Sequence record: OZ317122.1
Source of the DNA: a phage
Length of the DNA stretch: 64,000 nucleotides
Direction: 5' to 3' (one strand)
Below, piece by piece: positions 10,009 to 19,629 of the stretch; the first letter of the stretch is position 1; the number at the start of each line of letters is the position of its first letter. Position numbers and translations under genes: made by a program. Under the pieces are notes generated by a model. The model was given only the letters and a program-made list of their open reading frames with translations. It ran no database searches and was not told where the DNA came from.

Positions 10009-10224
10009 TTAAGCCTTTTTATCAAGAACAGCATTCAGCTTGTTAGTAATTTTATCCAGACGCTCATTAAACTCACTAGAAGATAATCCCTTTTCTGGAG
10101 AAATTAAACTAATCACGAAAAATATAGCAATAAAAGGAATAAGGAAAATAGCTCCAACTGCCATAAACAGAAAGAATGTTACAGTTGTAAGAAAATCAGC
10201 TAAACCTTTACGAAATTTATACAT
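10009..10224 (-). CDS. small membrane protein
   Basis: 71 aa with hydrophobic helix LTTVTFFLFMAVGAIFLIPFIAIFFVISLI. Confidence 0.45.
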   Translation of the reverse strand: MYKFRKGLADFLTTVTFFLFMAVGAIFLIPFIAIFFVISLISPEKGLSSSEFNERLDKITNKLNAVLDKKA

Positions 10225-10339
10225 ATTTTACCCTTAATTAATTAACCAAGCATTGATAAGCACTAAACTATATTGGGAATAAAATTCTGGACCAAAATGA
10301 AAAATCATATCATTTATAGTATCCATAATGTAATTCAGT

Positions 10340-10810
10340 TTAATCATGTTTCCACACCCCATCGGTATTTGACCAAAGTCGCTGATTATCTGATCCTCGC
10401 CACAGCTTTTTAGTCGGAAGATTTTTCTCATACTTCCCATCAATAATAACATCAACATATTTAAGCATTTCTAGCTGTTTAATATCTTCAAACTTATATC
10501 CTGTCCACAACCAAATGCTTTTATTGGGATAAAGATTTTTAATAGTTTGAACCACAGAGTGAATCACGTCTCTGTTATCAGGATAAAGAGGGTCTCCTCC
10601 AGTTATAGTTAATCCTTCTATATAATCATTATTCAAACATTCAATTAATTGTTCTAGTGTTTCACCAGTGAATGGAACGCCATTTCTAGCGTTCCATGTT
10701 GATTTATTATAACACCCTTCACATTTATGCAAACAACCTGTAACGAAAAGAACGACCCTGCATCCAGGGCCATTCACAAAATCGCAAGGATAAAATCTAT
10801 CATAATTCAT
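10340..10810 (-). CDS. nrdG: anaerobic ribonucleotide reductase activating enzyme (radical SAM)
   Basis: 156 aa; CLHKCEGCYN cluster; ATG overlaps nrdD stop (ATGA). Confidence 0.85.
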   Translation of the reverse strand: MNYDRFYPCDFVNGPGCRVVLFVTGCLHKCEGCYNKSTWNARNGVPFTGETLEQLIECLNNDYIEGLTITGGDPLYPDNRDVIHSVVQTIKNLYPNKSIWLWTGYKFEDIKQLEMLKYVDVIIDGKYEKNLPTKKLWRGSDNQRLWSNTDGVWKHD

Positions 10811-12679
10811 TGGTGTTTAACCCTATGCATGATTTCTTTATTTTTGCCGAGATTAAATCCACGTTCGTTCGGATTTCCCAAATAACCACAAGTTCTTCTT
10901 ATTGTGTTCATCTTTTTAGGATCAGTTTCTCCACAAATAGAACAAACAAACCCGTTTTCAGTAGGAGTCATTTCATGGGTACTTCCACACGTAAAACATT
11001 TATCTACTGGCATGTTAACACCAAAATAATCTAAATGTTGTGCAGCATAATCCCAGACAGCCTCAAGACCTTTTAGGTTATTTTTCATATCAGGAAGTTC
11101 AACATAAGAAATGTGACCACCTGTCGCAATGAAATGATATGGCGCTTCACGAGAAATTTTTTCAAACGGAGTAATATTTTCTTCTACTGAAACGTGGAAA
11201 CTATTAGTGTACCAGCCTTTATCGGTAACATCTTTTACACTTCCATATTTTTCTGTATCAAGTTTACAGAAGCGATAACAAAGGTTTTCAGCAGGAGTCG
11301 AATATAAACTAAAAGCAAATCCAGTTCTTTCAGTCCACTGTTTAAGATGAGCATTCATTTTAGTTAAAATTTCTTGTCCAATATCACGACCGACAAGAAT
11401 ATTCAATTCGTGAATACCAATGTATCCTAGGGACACTGAACTTCTACCATTTTTAAATAACTCAATTATATCGTCATCAGGTTTAAGACGAACCCCGAAT
11501 GCACCTTCTTGGTAAAGAATAGGAGCAACAGTCGCTTTAACTCCTTTTAAGGAACTAATTCTACACATCAAGGCTTCAAAGCACAGATCCATTCGTTCAT
11601 TAAATAGCTCAACAAATTTCTGTTCATTGAACTGTGTTCCAATATAAGAATCTAATGCGATACGAGGAAGATTCAGTGTTACAACACCGAGATTATTACG
11701 TCCATCAAGAATTTCATTACCAGTCGAATCTTTCCATACGCTCAAGAAACTACGGCAGCCCATCGGAGAAACAGGAATAGATGAACCAGTGATAGCTTTA
11801 TTGTTCTTAGCTGAAATAATATCAGGATACATCCTTTTGCTTGCACACTCTAGAGCAAGCTGCTTAATATCATAGTTCGGATCGTCTTTATAAAGATTAA
11901 CACCTTCTTCAACGAACATAACAAGCTTAGGGAAAATAGGAGTTATCCCATCACGACCGAGACCTTTAATACGATTTTTCAGAATTGCTTTCTGAATCAT
12001 TCGTTCAGTCCAGTCAGTTCCCGTACCAAATGTAATTGTTACAAAAGGTGTTTGCCCGTTTGAACTAAAGAGAGTATTTACTTCATATTCATAAGCTTGA
12101 AATGCATCGTATACGTCTTTTTCTGTTTTAGATTGAGCATAATTCAACGCATCGGCGATTTGCCATTTTTCTGCATCCTCAATATGTTTTGCATAGGTGC
12201 GTTTAACATAAGGAGAAAGTACTTTATCTACATTCGCAAAAGTCGTTCCGCCGTATTGGTGAGAAGCAACCTGTGCAGTAATTTGTGCCATAATTGCAGT
12301 AGCAACGCCAATTGATTTAGGAGTTTCAATCTGTGCATTACCTAGCTTAAATCCGTTTTCAAGCATTCCTTTTAAATCTACTAAACAACAATTAGTAAAT
12401 GGAAGAGCAGGGGAATAATCAATATCATGGAAATGAATAATTCCGCTTTCATGCGCTTTCATAATAAAAGTAATCAATATCATGGAAATGAATAATTCCG
12501 CTTTCATGCGCTTTCATAATAAAAGACGGGACCATATTTTTGGCAATGTGTTTAGACACAATACCAGCCATAAGGTCCCGTTGAGTTGGAAAAACACGAG
12601 AATCTTTATTAGCATTCTCGTTTAAAAGGTCTTTATTAGTTTTATGAATCAATCCTTCAATTTCTTTTTCAATTGTCAT
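10807..12679 (-). pseudogene. nrdD: anaerobic ribonucleotide reductase nrdD, frameshifted by a 55-bp tandem duplication
   Basis: 76-aa N-terminal ORF (12449..12679) and 566-aa ORF (10807..12507) share duplicated peptide FIMKAHESGIIHFHDIDY; removing one copy gives one 605-aa frame ending in glycyl-radical and Zn-ribbon motifs. Confidence 0.85.
12416..12525. repeat. perfect 55-bp tandem direct duplication (12416..12470 and 12471..12525)
   Basis: taatcaatatcatggaaatgaataattccgctttcatgcgctttcataataaaag occurs twice back to back; 55 is not a multiple of 3. Confidence 0.95.
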
Positions 12680-13149
12680 TTTAAACTCTTTCTAAGCTGC
12701 TTCTTAAATGAAGCTATTAACTGTGTTTTGGTGTCAGATTCATTATATTCAAATCCTCTTTGAAGCATCTCGGCCATCATTTCCTCTTTTCCTAAACGAG
12801 AAAATTCCTTTGATTTATCTCCAACAAAGTTAGGGTGAATATTATTTTGGGTGTAATCGGATTTTAAATAAGTAAGTAAATTTTCTAACCATTCAAGATA
12901 ATCAACACCTTGTCCCTTTAAGCCAGAACGATTAAATTTATGCTTCATTTGACCTTCTGCGGCATTGCAGAGATTACAAAGCAATCCACGTATCTTTCCT
13001 GCTTTTGGTCCATTTAATTCATGGTCATGGTCGAGGTGATTAGCTTGAACATCAGGATTTAGTTCTCGTTGGCAAATTAAGCATTTACCGTTTTGTGCAT
13101 TATAAAATTTTTGTTTTTCTTCTTTGTATAATTTGCCAGTCAATAACAT
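12676..13149 (-). CDS. 49: endonuclease VII (Holliday junction resolvase)
   Basis: 157 aa; MLLTGKLYKEEKQKF..., zinc motif CLICQ and HLDHDHE; matches remembered T4 gp49. Confidence 0.9.
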   Translation of the reverse strand: MLLTGKLYKEEKQKFYNAQNGKCLICQRELNPDVQANHLDHDHELNGPKAGKIRGLLCNLCNAAEGQMKHKFNRSGLKGQGVDYLEWLENLLTYLKSDYTQNNIHPNFVGDKSKEFSRLGKEEMMAEMLQRGFEYNESDTKTQLIASFKKQLRKSLK

Positions 13150-13191
13150 AATAAAACCCTTACCTTAAATAGATAAGGGTATTTATTATTT

Positions 13192-13368
13192 TTAAGTATT
13201 GTAAAACATTCGATGCAATCGTTTATACTGTCGAATCATCTTTTTAGTAGGACGAGAATAGGTTCCTACGCAAGTGGTCATATGAGGGTCCGTAGAATGT
13301 CCTTTAATAAAAAGTTTCCAAACCTTACCGCCATTTAACTTTTCAGTATAAACCAATTCGGTTTTCAT
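13192..13368 (-). CDS. small protein (58 aa) whose C-terminus repeats that of the pin-like protein
   Basis: Hand-translated; ends ...KMIRQYKRLHRMFYNT, compare pin-like ...QKIRQYKRLHQMFYNT. Confidence 0.35.
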   Translation of the reverse strand: MKTELVYTEKLNGGKVWKLFIKGHSTDPHMTTCVGTYSRPTKKMIRQYKRLHRMFYNT

Positions 13369-13450
13369 TAAAATGTCCTGTCAGAAAAAGAATTTTGAGT
13401 TTTTTCAAGTATTGTAAAACATTTGATGCAATCGCTTATATTGCCGAATC
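13194..13450. repeat. 44-bp imperfect direct repeat, copies at 13194..13237 and 13407..13450
   Basis: aagtattgtaaaacatt(c/t)gatgcaatcg(t/c)ttata(c/t)tg(t/c)cgaatc; 4 mismatches in 44. Confidence 0.8.
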
Positions 13451-13890
13451 TTTTGGTCAGAAAAAGAAATTTGAGTTTCAAGCCATTCAATGTACTCTGC
13501 GGCAGCTTGCATCAGGTTACCTTCATAGCCATCGTTATTTTCTTGCGCAGCTAATTTAGCTAATGCATATGAAATACGTTCACCTTGAAAAGCGGCTTTA
13601 GGCTTCTGAACATCTTGGCTAGTTCTCTCTACAACTTCCTCGATTTCACCATTTTCAACGGATTCAGTATTCCACAAACACCAATACGTAATTGGCTTAT
13701 CATAGATGTTAATAATTTTTCCATCAGAAAGTTCAATTTCAATAATTCCAGTGTCAGGCTCTATATCATCTTCACATTCTTTTGCAAGTTCACGAACTTT
13801 AAAGACAGTACCTGCACTAAGTTCCGGCCAGTAATTACACAGCCCTGTATCAGCACGATTAATTCTAAACCACTTATCTACTGTAATCAT
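13405..13890 (-). CDS. pin: Pin-like protein (T4 Lon protease inhibitor position)
   Basis: 161 aa from ATG at 13888-13890 (track start is TTG); assigned by size and position between 49 and nrdC. Confidence 0.5.
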   Translation of the reverse strand: MITVDKWFRINRADTGLCNYWPELSAGTVFKVRELAKECEDDIEPDTGIIEIELSDGKIINIYDKPITYWCLWNTESVENGEIEEVVERTSQDVQKPKAAFQGERISYALAKLAAQENNDGYEGNLMQAAAEYIEWLETQISFSDQKIRQYKRLHQMFYNT

Positions 13891-14012
13891 GTCCCATCTC
13901 CATATCAATTAAGTCATTTATCGTTGGTTCATTATATACTGTTTCTTCATCAGTGTAAACCGGTTCTTCCGGCTCTGGCTCTACAGTTTCCCATCTAGCC
14001 GCCCACCAAGGT

Positions 14013-14183
14013 TTAACCCCGAAGCTTATTAAGTTCTTCATAATCAATCCAGGATTCTAATCCTGATGGCAAATCAGATTCAATTTCCCAAAGAAGCTCT
14101 TCAATTTTCTGAAGACGATCTAGTTCTTCGGCTGGAATAGTAACCATTGACGGAGCTCGTGATACATTAATATCGTAAATCAT
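14013..14183 (-). CDS. small acidic protein (56 aa), below ORF-track cutoff
   Basis: ATG 14181-14183, TAA 14013-14015; fills gap between 14186..14401 and pin-like gene. Confidence 0.3.
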   Translation of the reverse strand: MIYDINVSRAPSMVTIPAEELDRLQKIEELLWEIESDLPSGLESWIDYEELNKLRG

Positions 14184-14185
14184 AT

Positions 14186-14401
14186 TTACCCCAATTTAAC
14201 CATACAATCGCCGTATTTCCACTTAGAAATAGACTTTTCACCATTAGAATAATAAACTTCGAGTTTAGCACGATTATTTTTAATTTGAATAACCTTGGCT
14301 GTCATCAAAGTTCCATACCCATAATAAACTGCAACTTCATCACCTACATATACCGCGCTTCCGCGGTAATCATGAATATAGTCAGTTCCTTCGAGCATCA
14401 T
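14186..14401 (-). CDS. hypothetical protein
   Basis: 71-aa ORF; ATG overlaps nrdC stop. Confidence 0.45.
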   Translation of the reverse strand: MMLEGTDYIHDYRGSAVYVGDEVAVYYGYGTLMTAKVIQIKNNRAKLEVYYSNGEKSISKWKYGDCMVKLG

Positions 14402-14661
14402 TTAAAATATTCTCGCAGTTGGTCAAATCCACCAATATGACTTCCATCAGGAGCAAATACCTGAGGCATTGTCAAGCCGATTTGAGTATCACGACCTAGT
14501 TTAGTCAGAAGCTCAGCGATTTTCTCATCATCAAAAACACCTTTTTCCGGCATAATGTTGATAAATTCAAACGGCTGTTTCTTCACAGTCAAAAGACGTT
14601 TTGCATTATCGCAATACACACATTTATGGATGTTGCTATCATAACCATATACTTTAAACAT
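14398..14661 (-). CDS. nrdC: glutaredoxin/thioredoxin NrdC
   Basis: 87 aa; MFKVYGYDSNIHKCVYCDNAKRLL... with CVYC motif; matches remembered T4 NrdC. Confidence 0.9.
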   Translation of the reverse strand: MFKVYGYDSNIHKCVYCDNAKRLLTVKKQPFEFINIMPEKGVFDDEKIAELLTKLGRDTQIGLTMPQVFAPDGSHIGGFDQLREYFK

Positions 14662-14662
14662 A

Positions 14663-14905
14663 TTATTCCTTAATTCCTAGTACTTGTTTAAAAGTCTCGT
14701 CGTAATCAAGACTTTGGCCCGTTTGTTCTTTATGTTTGTATATAATATCACTTACTTCTGATAGCATATTTTTATATGAACGAGTTAAAGCAGATTTAAG
14801 CACGCTGTATCTATCAGGAAATTTACCATGTTCATTATAATAAGCTATTGCTAATTCACGGACTGCCTTTTCAGCAGTCTCCATATATTCTTTACGCTTT
14901 GTCAT
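14663..14905 (-). CDS. hypothetical protein
   Basis: Trimmed to ATG at 14903-14905. Confidence 0.4.
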
Positions 14906-15206
14906 TTTCTTCTCGGTCAAATCGGTGTTTACAATGGCGACATTTATAACGAAGAATACTAGTCTGCCAATGAATCAATTGAACCTGTTCAGTTCCACAT
15001 TCAGGGCAATTAGGAACGTTTTTAGAAGCCCTTTCACGACGTTCAACCATGACCATTACAGAATCCCAATTAACAGGAGGGCTATAATCATCACAACCAT
15101 AAATCTTTCCACGCATTTCCATATCATCTTCCTCACCAGCCATAATAATTTTAATTAGACTAGAATTACTTGAAGCTGCAATGTCTTCTAATAGACGCTT
15201 TTTCAT
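14892..15206 (-). CDS. zinc-ribbon protein
   Basis: 104 aa; CPECG ... CRHCKH Cys pairs. Confidence 0.45.
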
Positions 15207-16132
15207 TTCAATACCTCAATAGCATTACGTAAACCATTTGCTTTTGCATTAAGAGCTTTTAACAATTTGGTGTGTTCTGCAATTTGGGCTTCAACTTCAA
15301 TCAAACGGGCATTGAGATATTCACGTTCTTCACTCAGATTATCAACCTTTTCTACTTTAGGCTCTTTTACAACTGTCTTATATGTATTAGGGTTCTTCAG
15401 TTTAATTAGAATGCGTGAACTGTATAACATTGAACCATTATCTTCGGTTTCGTCATACATTTCCACTACGTCCATAATTTTTAACATCATGCGGAGTTTA
15501 TAAGACAACGAACGAATAGTTTTGTTGTGCTTATTAATTTCTTTAGCTGTCATGGTGCCAAGATTACGTGAGTAATAATAAGGAACCTGGATATTAATTA
15601 ATACTGATGAACCACCTGGCTTGTGTGTTACTTCATCAGCAATAACCCAGTCCTTAACATGAACTGTATTTGTACGGTCATCGCCCGCGGTAAATAGTTT
15701 GCGAGCATGCTTAAAAAGCATATTCACTTGGTCATTGAATTGACAAGCAAATTTATCAGCAAATTTAGTTTCAGGAATGGTAGAAAACCAATCAGCCAAA
15801 TGAGTCTTTTTAACATCATTAACAATAGTAAATTCAACCAAATCGGTTATAGATGTCTCAGATTTAATGAAGCTCGGCTTCATAAAGTTTTTAATGTTCT
15901 CATGAGCTACAGTAGAAGATAACATACGAGAACGTTTAAACCATTCAAGCAAATTGCCTAACGAATGAGAATAAGCGTTTTGAGTATCTTTACAGATATG
16001 ATTTTCCTGACCAACATATTGAAGGAAATCACGAAGAATATTATTGATTACTGCTCTGTGCCCGATCTGATAATTACGGTGTTTAGTAATAAGACTGTCA
16101 AAATAATCAATATAATGTTTACGAGTTTTCAT
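15203..16132 (-). CDS. coiled-coil-tailed protein, paralog family member 1
   Basis: 309 aa; starts MKTR; C-terminal heptad-rich tail [42 protein letters not shown]. Confidence 0.5.
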   Translation of the reverse strand: MKTRKHYIDYFDSLITKHRNYQIGHRAVINNILRDFLQYVGQENHICKDTQNAYSHSLGNLLEWFKRSRMLSSTVAHENIKNFMKPSFIKSETSITDLVEFTIVNDVKKTHLADWFSTIPETKFADKFACQFNDQVNMLFKHARKLFTAGDDRTNTVHVKDWVIADEVTHKPGGSSVLINIQVPYYYSRNLGTMTAKEINKHNKTIRSLSYKLRMMLKIMDVVEMYDETEDNGSMLYSSRILIKLKNPNTYKTVVKEPKVEKVDNLSEEREYLNARLIEVEAQIAEHTKLLKALNAKANGLRNAIEVLK

Positions 16133-16184
16133 ATTCTTCTCACTTGGTTAATGGTTTATACTCCGAGCCATCCTTGGCTTTAAA

Positions 16185-17186
16185 TTACTTAATTAACTGT
16201 AAAGCTTGTTCAAGACGATCAAGACGATTAACGGATTCTTCCCAAATCTTTTTAGCCTGCTCATATTCTTTCTGCGCTTTATTAGAAATTTCTAGAACTT
16301 CTTTATAAGCTTTTTCTAGTGCAATAACTTCTGGACGAATTTCTACTGGTTCAGGCGAATCGTCAAGACATTCCATTAGTTCCTCAAGGGTAGTTTCTTC
16401 TTTAGGAGTATTCACAATTTCATCACATTTTTGTTGGTAAATTTCTTTATCAGTCGGTGAGTACGCACACTTTACTTCACGGAGACTAACTACAATTTTA
16501 TATCCTTCCCAACCGCATATATTCTTAAAAGGATAAGTATGAATATTTTCTACTGTTTCCATACAAAGTAATGCGGTCTCTAACTGACGAGTTATATCAC
16601 TAGCAATTGAGAAAAATTTATTAATGTTCTTTTGATTAGCTTCTGGTGTAAAAAATTCATAATTCACAAAAATAGCTGCTTTATTTTTATCAAGTTCATA
16701 TTCTTTTATGATAATCATATCAGAAGCCAAAGGATGAATTTGACGATAATCGCCATAACATAATTTAGAAGCTGATTTTAGAATTTGCTTCTTGAAAAGT
16801 CTAAAATTACTAATCCAACGACGAGTAAAAATATTCTCAGGGTCTTCTTTATTATTAAGATGATAAGAATTAACATCACCGAACCAACTGTATCCTACTA
16901 CATCTTTGGTTCGTTTAATTTCTTTCCCAAAATTACTAAGAATATCTTGATTAACTAAATATGAAAGAAGACGAGAACCTTTAAAAGTTTCCTTAATATC
17001 ATCTTTATATTCGCGACTAGAAATTTTATGAACTTCATGAATAAATTTGCTTGAAGAAACAATACTTGCATCAATATTATTGAGCCATTGATTGATAATG
17101 GAAAGAACGCTATTTTGGCCAAACATCGGTATAGCTTTATCATCAATAACGCTATTGAATGATTTGATATATTCGTTACGAGTCAT
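16185..17186 (-). CDS. coiled-coil-tailed protein, paralog family member 2
   Basis: Trimmed to ATG at 17184-17186; central motif RRWISNFRLFKKQILKSASKL; coiled-coil tail. Confidence 0.5.
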   Translation of the reverse strand: MTRNEYIKSFNSVIDDKAIPMFGQNSVLSIINQWLNNIDASIVSSSKFIHEVHKISSREYKDDIKETFKGSRLLSYLVNQDILSNFGKEIKRTKDVVGYSWFGDVNSYHLNNKEDPENIFTRRWISNFRLFKKQILKSASKLCYGDYRQIHPLASDMIIIKEYELDKNKAAIFVNYEFFTPEANQKNINKFFSIASDITRQLETALLCMETVENIHTYPFKNICGWEGYKIVVSLREVKCAYSPTDKEIYQQKCDEIVNTPKEETTLEELMECLDDSPEPVEIRPEVIALEKAYKEVLEISNKAQKEYEQAKKIWEESVNRLDRLEQALQLIK

Positions 17187-17243
17187 ATTAATCTCCTCAG
17201 TAGAAAGTAAGAACATTATACCACATCCTTGTGGCAAAGTAAA

Positions 17244-18263
17244 CTAGTTTAGTGCATTTAGTGCATTGTTCAGTTTAGAACGTTGCTTCGTAAGATTTTT
17301 GACTTTTTCTTGAGCTTTTTCTAGCATCTTTTCAGCTTCTAACACTTCATTAGTTGCTTTAACGAGTTCATCATCTACTGCCTTAAGAGACTTCTCAATC
17401 GCGTCAGCGTGCCATTTTTCTACAGGTTTAAAATTTGAATTTTCAGTAGGAAGAAAACTCACTTTATTAAGTTTACATGCATCTATATTGCTTGAGCTAT
17501 ACATCCAAAATTTAGGATCGTTTGATGAGCAATTAGATAAATTTAAGTTATCTTGCACTTCCTGCTTTTTCTCTTGCGGGACTTCATCCTTTCTCAAAAA
17601 ATCGTATTTAAATGAAACGATCATATCAAGTTCATACGTTGTTGTATGTTCCCAATTTCGCTCAAAATGAGGTAAAATCTTAGACTGAACAGCGGCAACA
17701 ACATCCATATACTTAAACGCTTCTGTCAACTGTGATTTAAGGCATTCACAAATTGAAAGAGAATTTTTTGTATTAGGTTTAAAGCTAATTCGTGCAGTTC
17801 TATTATTTTCTTTTAATGGTCTTACTTCCATCTGAAGAGTATAACCATCAAATTTCAGGTTCTTTAAGTTAATGTCAGAACCTTTTAATCGACTAGCCGT
17901 CGACAAAATTTGTTTTAATTGTTTACGGAATAGAGCAATAAATCTCCATTCAAGACGGTAATGATTTGGATTAAAAAATCCTGTTGATAAATCAACCTTA
18001 CTCTGACCAACGCCTTGAACAAATAGAGGATTTTTATAATCAATAGTTTTACAGAAATCGGTGAGCTGTTCGCGAGCAGTCATTTGCGTAATATATCCAG
18101 CTTTATCAAAATGTCGCAGCCATTCACTGCTATTCATATACTTAAAGTGAATGGAACTATTAACTCTATCAGGGTCTAAATTATTTTGGCACAAAAATGT
18201 CATAACATCACGAGTATAACTGGCATTACGAACCATATCTTCAATTTGAGAACGAGTTTTCAT
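17244..18263 (-). CDS. coiled-coil-tailed protein, paralog family member 3
   Basis: 339 aa; starts MKTR; central motif LEWRFIALFRKQLKQILSTASRL; coiled-coil tail. Confidence 0.5.
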   Translation of the reverse strand: MKTRSQIEDMVRNASYTRDVMTFLCQNNLDPDRVNSSIHFKYMNSSEWLRHFDKAGYITQMTAREQLTDFCKTIDYKNPLFVQGVGQSKVDLSTGFFNPNHYRLEWRFIALFRKQLKQILSTASRLKGSDINLKNLKFDGYTLQMEVRPLKENNRTARISFKPNTKNSLSICECLKSQLTEAFKYMDVVAAVQSKILPHFERNWEHTTTYELDMIVSFKYDFLRKDEVPQEKKQEVQDNLNLSNCSSNDPKFWMYSSSNIDACKLNKVSFLPTENSNFKPVEKWHADAIEKSLKAVDDELVKATNEVLEAEKMLEKAQEKVKNLTKQRSKLNNALNALN

Positions 18264-18271
18264 GGTGTTCC

Positions 18272-19159
18272 TTAAGATTTAAGTAAATCAACAATTTTAA
18301 TTAACTTTTCACGCTCAGATTTAGCTTTACTACTCAATCCAGATAGTCTGAAAATTTCATCATCATATTGTTGAATAGAAATATTCAGCTCTTCAATCTG
18401 TTTATTAAAATAATCAATTTGTTCAGAATGTTTTTCGTTACTACGAACTGGTACAGGTTTTGTAGGCAATTTAGTTGAACTGGATTCATCCGGGCGATAA
18501 ATTAAAATACAATTTGAACCAATCGGGCATTTAGCACCAGACACATATTCTAGTGTTCCAGCTTCTTTTAAAACTTCAAAAGCTAAACAAAGATGATGAC
18601 CCATATTGACATAATCTGTAGAGTGAGCTCTGATGTAATAATCATCTCCACGAGTACTAAATTTAAAGCATTTAAGGTCTTCTGTATTATTGGTCTTAAA
18701 AATCATTTGTTTATCTAGACCTTTAGCTAATCGAGCGCCTAATGCTAATAATCGTCGTTGATTTTCCCACAAATCCGCAATCATTTGGTCAAATGATAAT
18801 TTCGGCATTAGTCGACCATAAAGGTCATATCCTTTATTATAATTGCGAAGGATTTCACTCGCATTAATACGAGACAACGCTCCAATTTTATTAAGGGCTT
18901 TCATGATGCGATTAGATAAACCCATTCCAGATCCGTTTGTTCGTTGCAAATGTTTATCTAACCCAAACCCAATATCAACTTTAAATTTATCTAAAATTTC
19001 AGCATGAACATCTCTGTCAATAACATTCAAATCCAAAGTTGGGTTAAATCTATGAAAAAATTTATCTGGCTCTCCACGACGAAGTACAGTCCATTCATTT
19101 AATTTTTTATTAACTAAAGATTTAATTACTGCATTGACATTATTAATTACTACTGACAT
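18272..19159 (-). CDS. coiled-coil-tailed protein, paralog family member 4
   Basis: Trimmed to ATG at 19157-19159; weaker central motif LWENQRRLLALGARLAKGL; coiled-coil tail. Confidence 0.5.
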   Translation of the reverse strand: MSVVINNVNAVIKSLVNKKLNEWTVLRRGEPDKFFHRFNPTLDLNVIDRDVHAEILDKFKVDIGFGLDKHLQRTNGSGMGLSNRIMKALNKIGALSRINASEILRNYNKGYDLYGRLMPKLSFDQMIADLWENQRRLLALGARLAKGLDKQMIFKTNNTEDLKCFKFSTRGDDYYIRAHSTDYVNMGHHLCLAFEVLKEAGTLEYVSGAKCPIGSNCILIYRPDESSSTKLPTKPVPVRSNEKHSEQIDYFNKQIEELNISIQQYDDEIFRLSGLSSKAKSEREKLIKIVDLLKS

Positions 19160-19166
19160 ATTTTCC

Positions 19167-19574
19167 TCACTCAATTTCAATTTTACTAAATATACAGAAT
19201 AAGATGGAACAGACTATATAAGCACCACACACAGATTGAACTAATACCATTCCAAAGAACCAAACAATATTATCAAACAATGTCTGTTTTACGTCGAAAG
19301 GACGTAAACTTACAGTAATATTATCGCCTTTTTCTATTGATGAATACATCTCTGGTGAAATATATTCACTAAATCTATAACCGTCTTTGAGTTCATATAC
19401 GGCAATAAACGATAAACTAGACCCCTTTCCTTGAGTTCCTGTAAGGGTATTAACTACAGTAACATCATAATCTTTATAATGCATATAATCATTAATTGCG
19501 TAATAACCATATGCAATTGCTATACATAAACAACATATCAATAAATTCAATCTTTTAATTATCAACTGTTTCAT
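19167..19574 (-). CDS. membrane protein with N- and C-terminal hydrophobic helices
   Basis: 135 aa; LLICCLCIAIAYGYYAI and FFGMVLVQSVCGAYIVCSILFCIF. Confidence 0.45.
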   Translation of the reverse strand: MKQLIIKRLNLLICCLCIAIAYGYYAINDYMHYKDYDVTVVNTLTGTQGKGSSLSFIAVYELKDGYRFSEYISPEMYSSIEKGDNITVSLRPFDVKQTLFDNIVWFFGMVLVQSVCGAYIVCSILFCIFSKIEIE

Positions 19575-19629
19575 AATAATCTCAATTAAAAGGGCTTAGA
19601 ACCATTATACCATCCTTGGTATAAAGCGG

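Noticed and set aside
12416-12525. CRISPR-like repeat
   Set aside because: Only two directly abutting identical copies with no spacer, inside a coding region; it is a tandem duplication
12449-12679. 76-aa ORF and the 566-aa ORF downstream of it as two separate genes
   Set aside because: They are the two halves of nrdD separated by the 55-bp duplication; both contain the same duplicated peptide
10807-12679. Group I intron in nrdD (as in T4)
   Set aside because: Apart from the 55-bp duplication the coding sequence is contiguous; no intron-sized insertion or internal ORF is present
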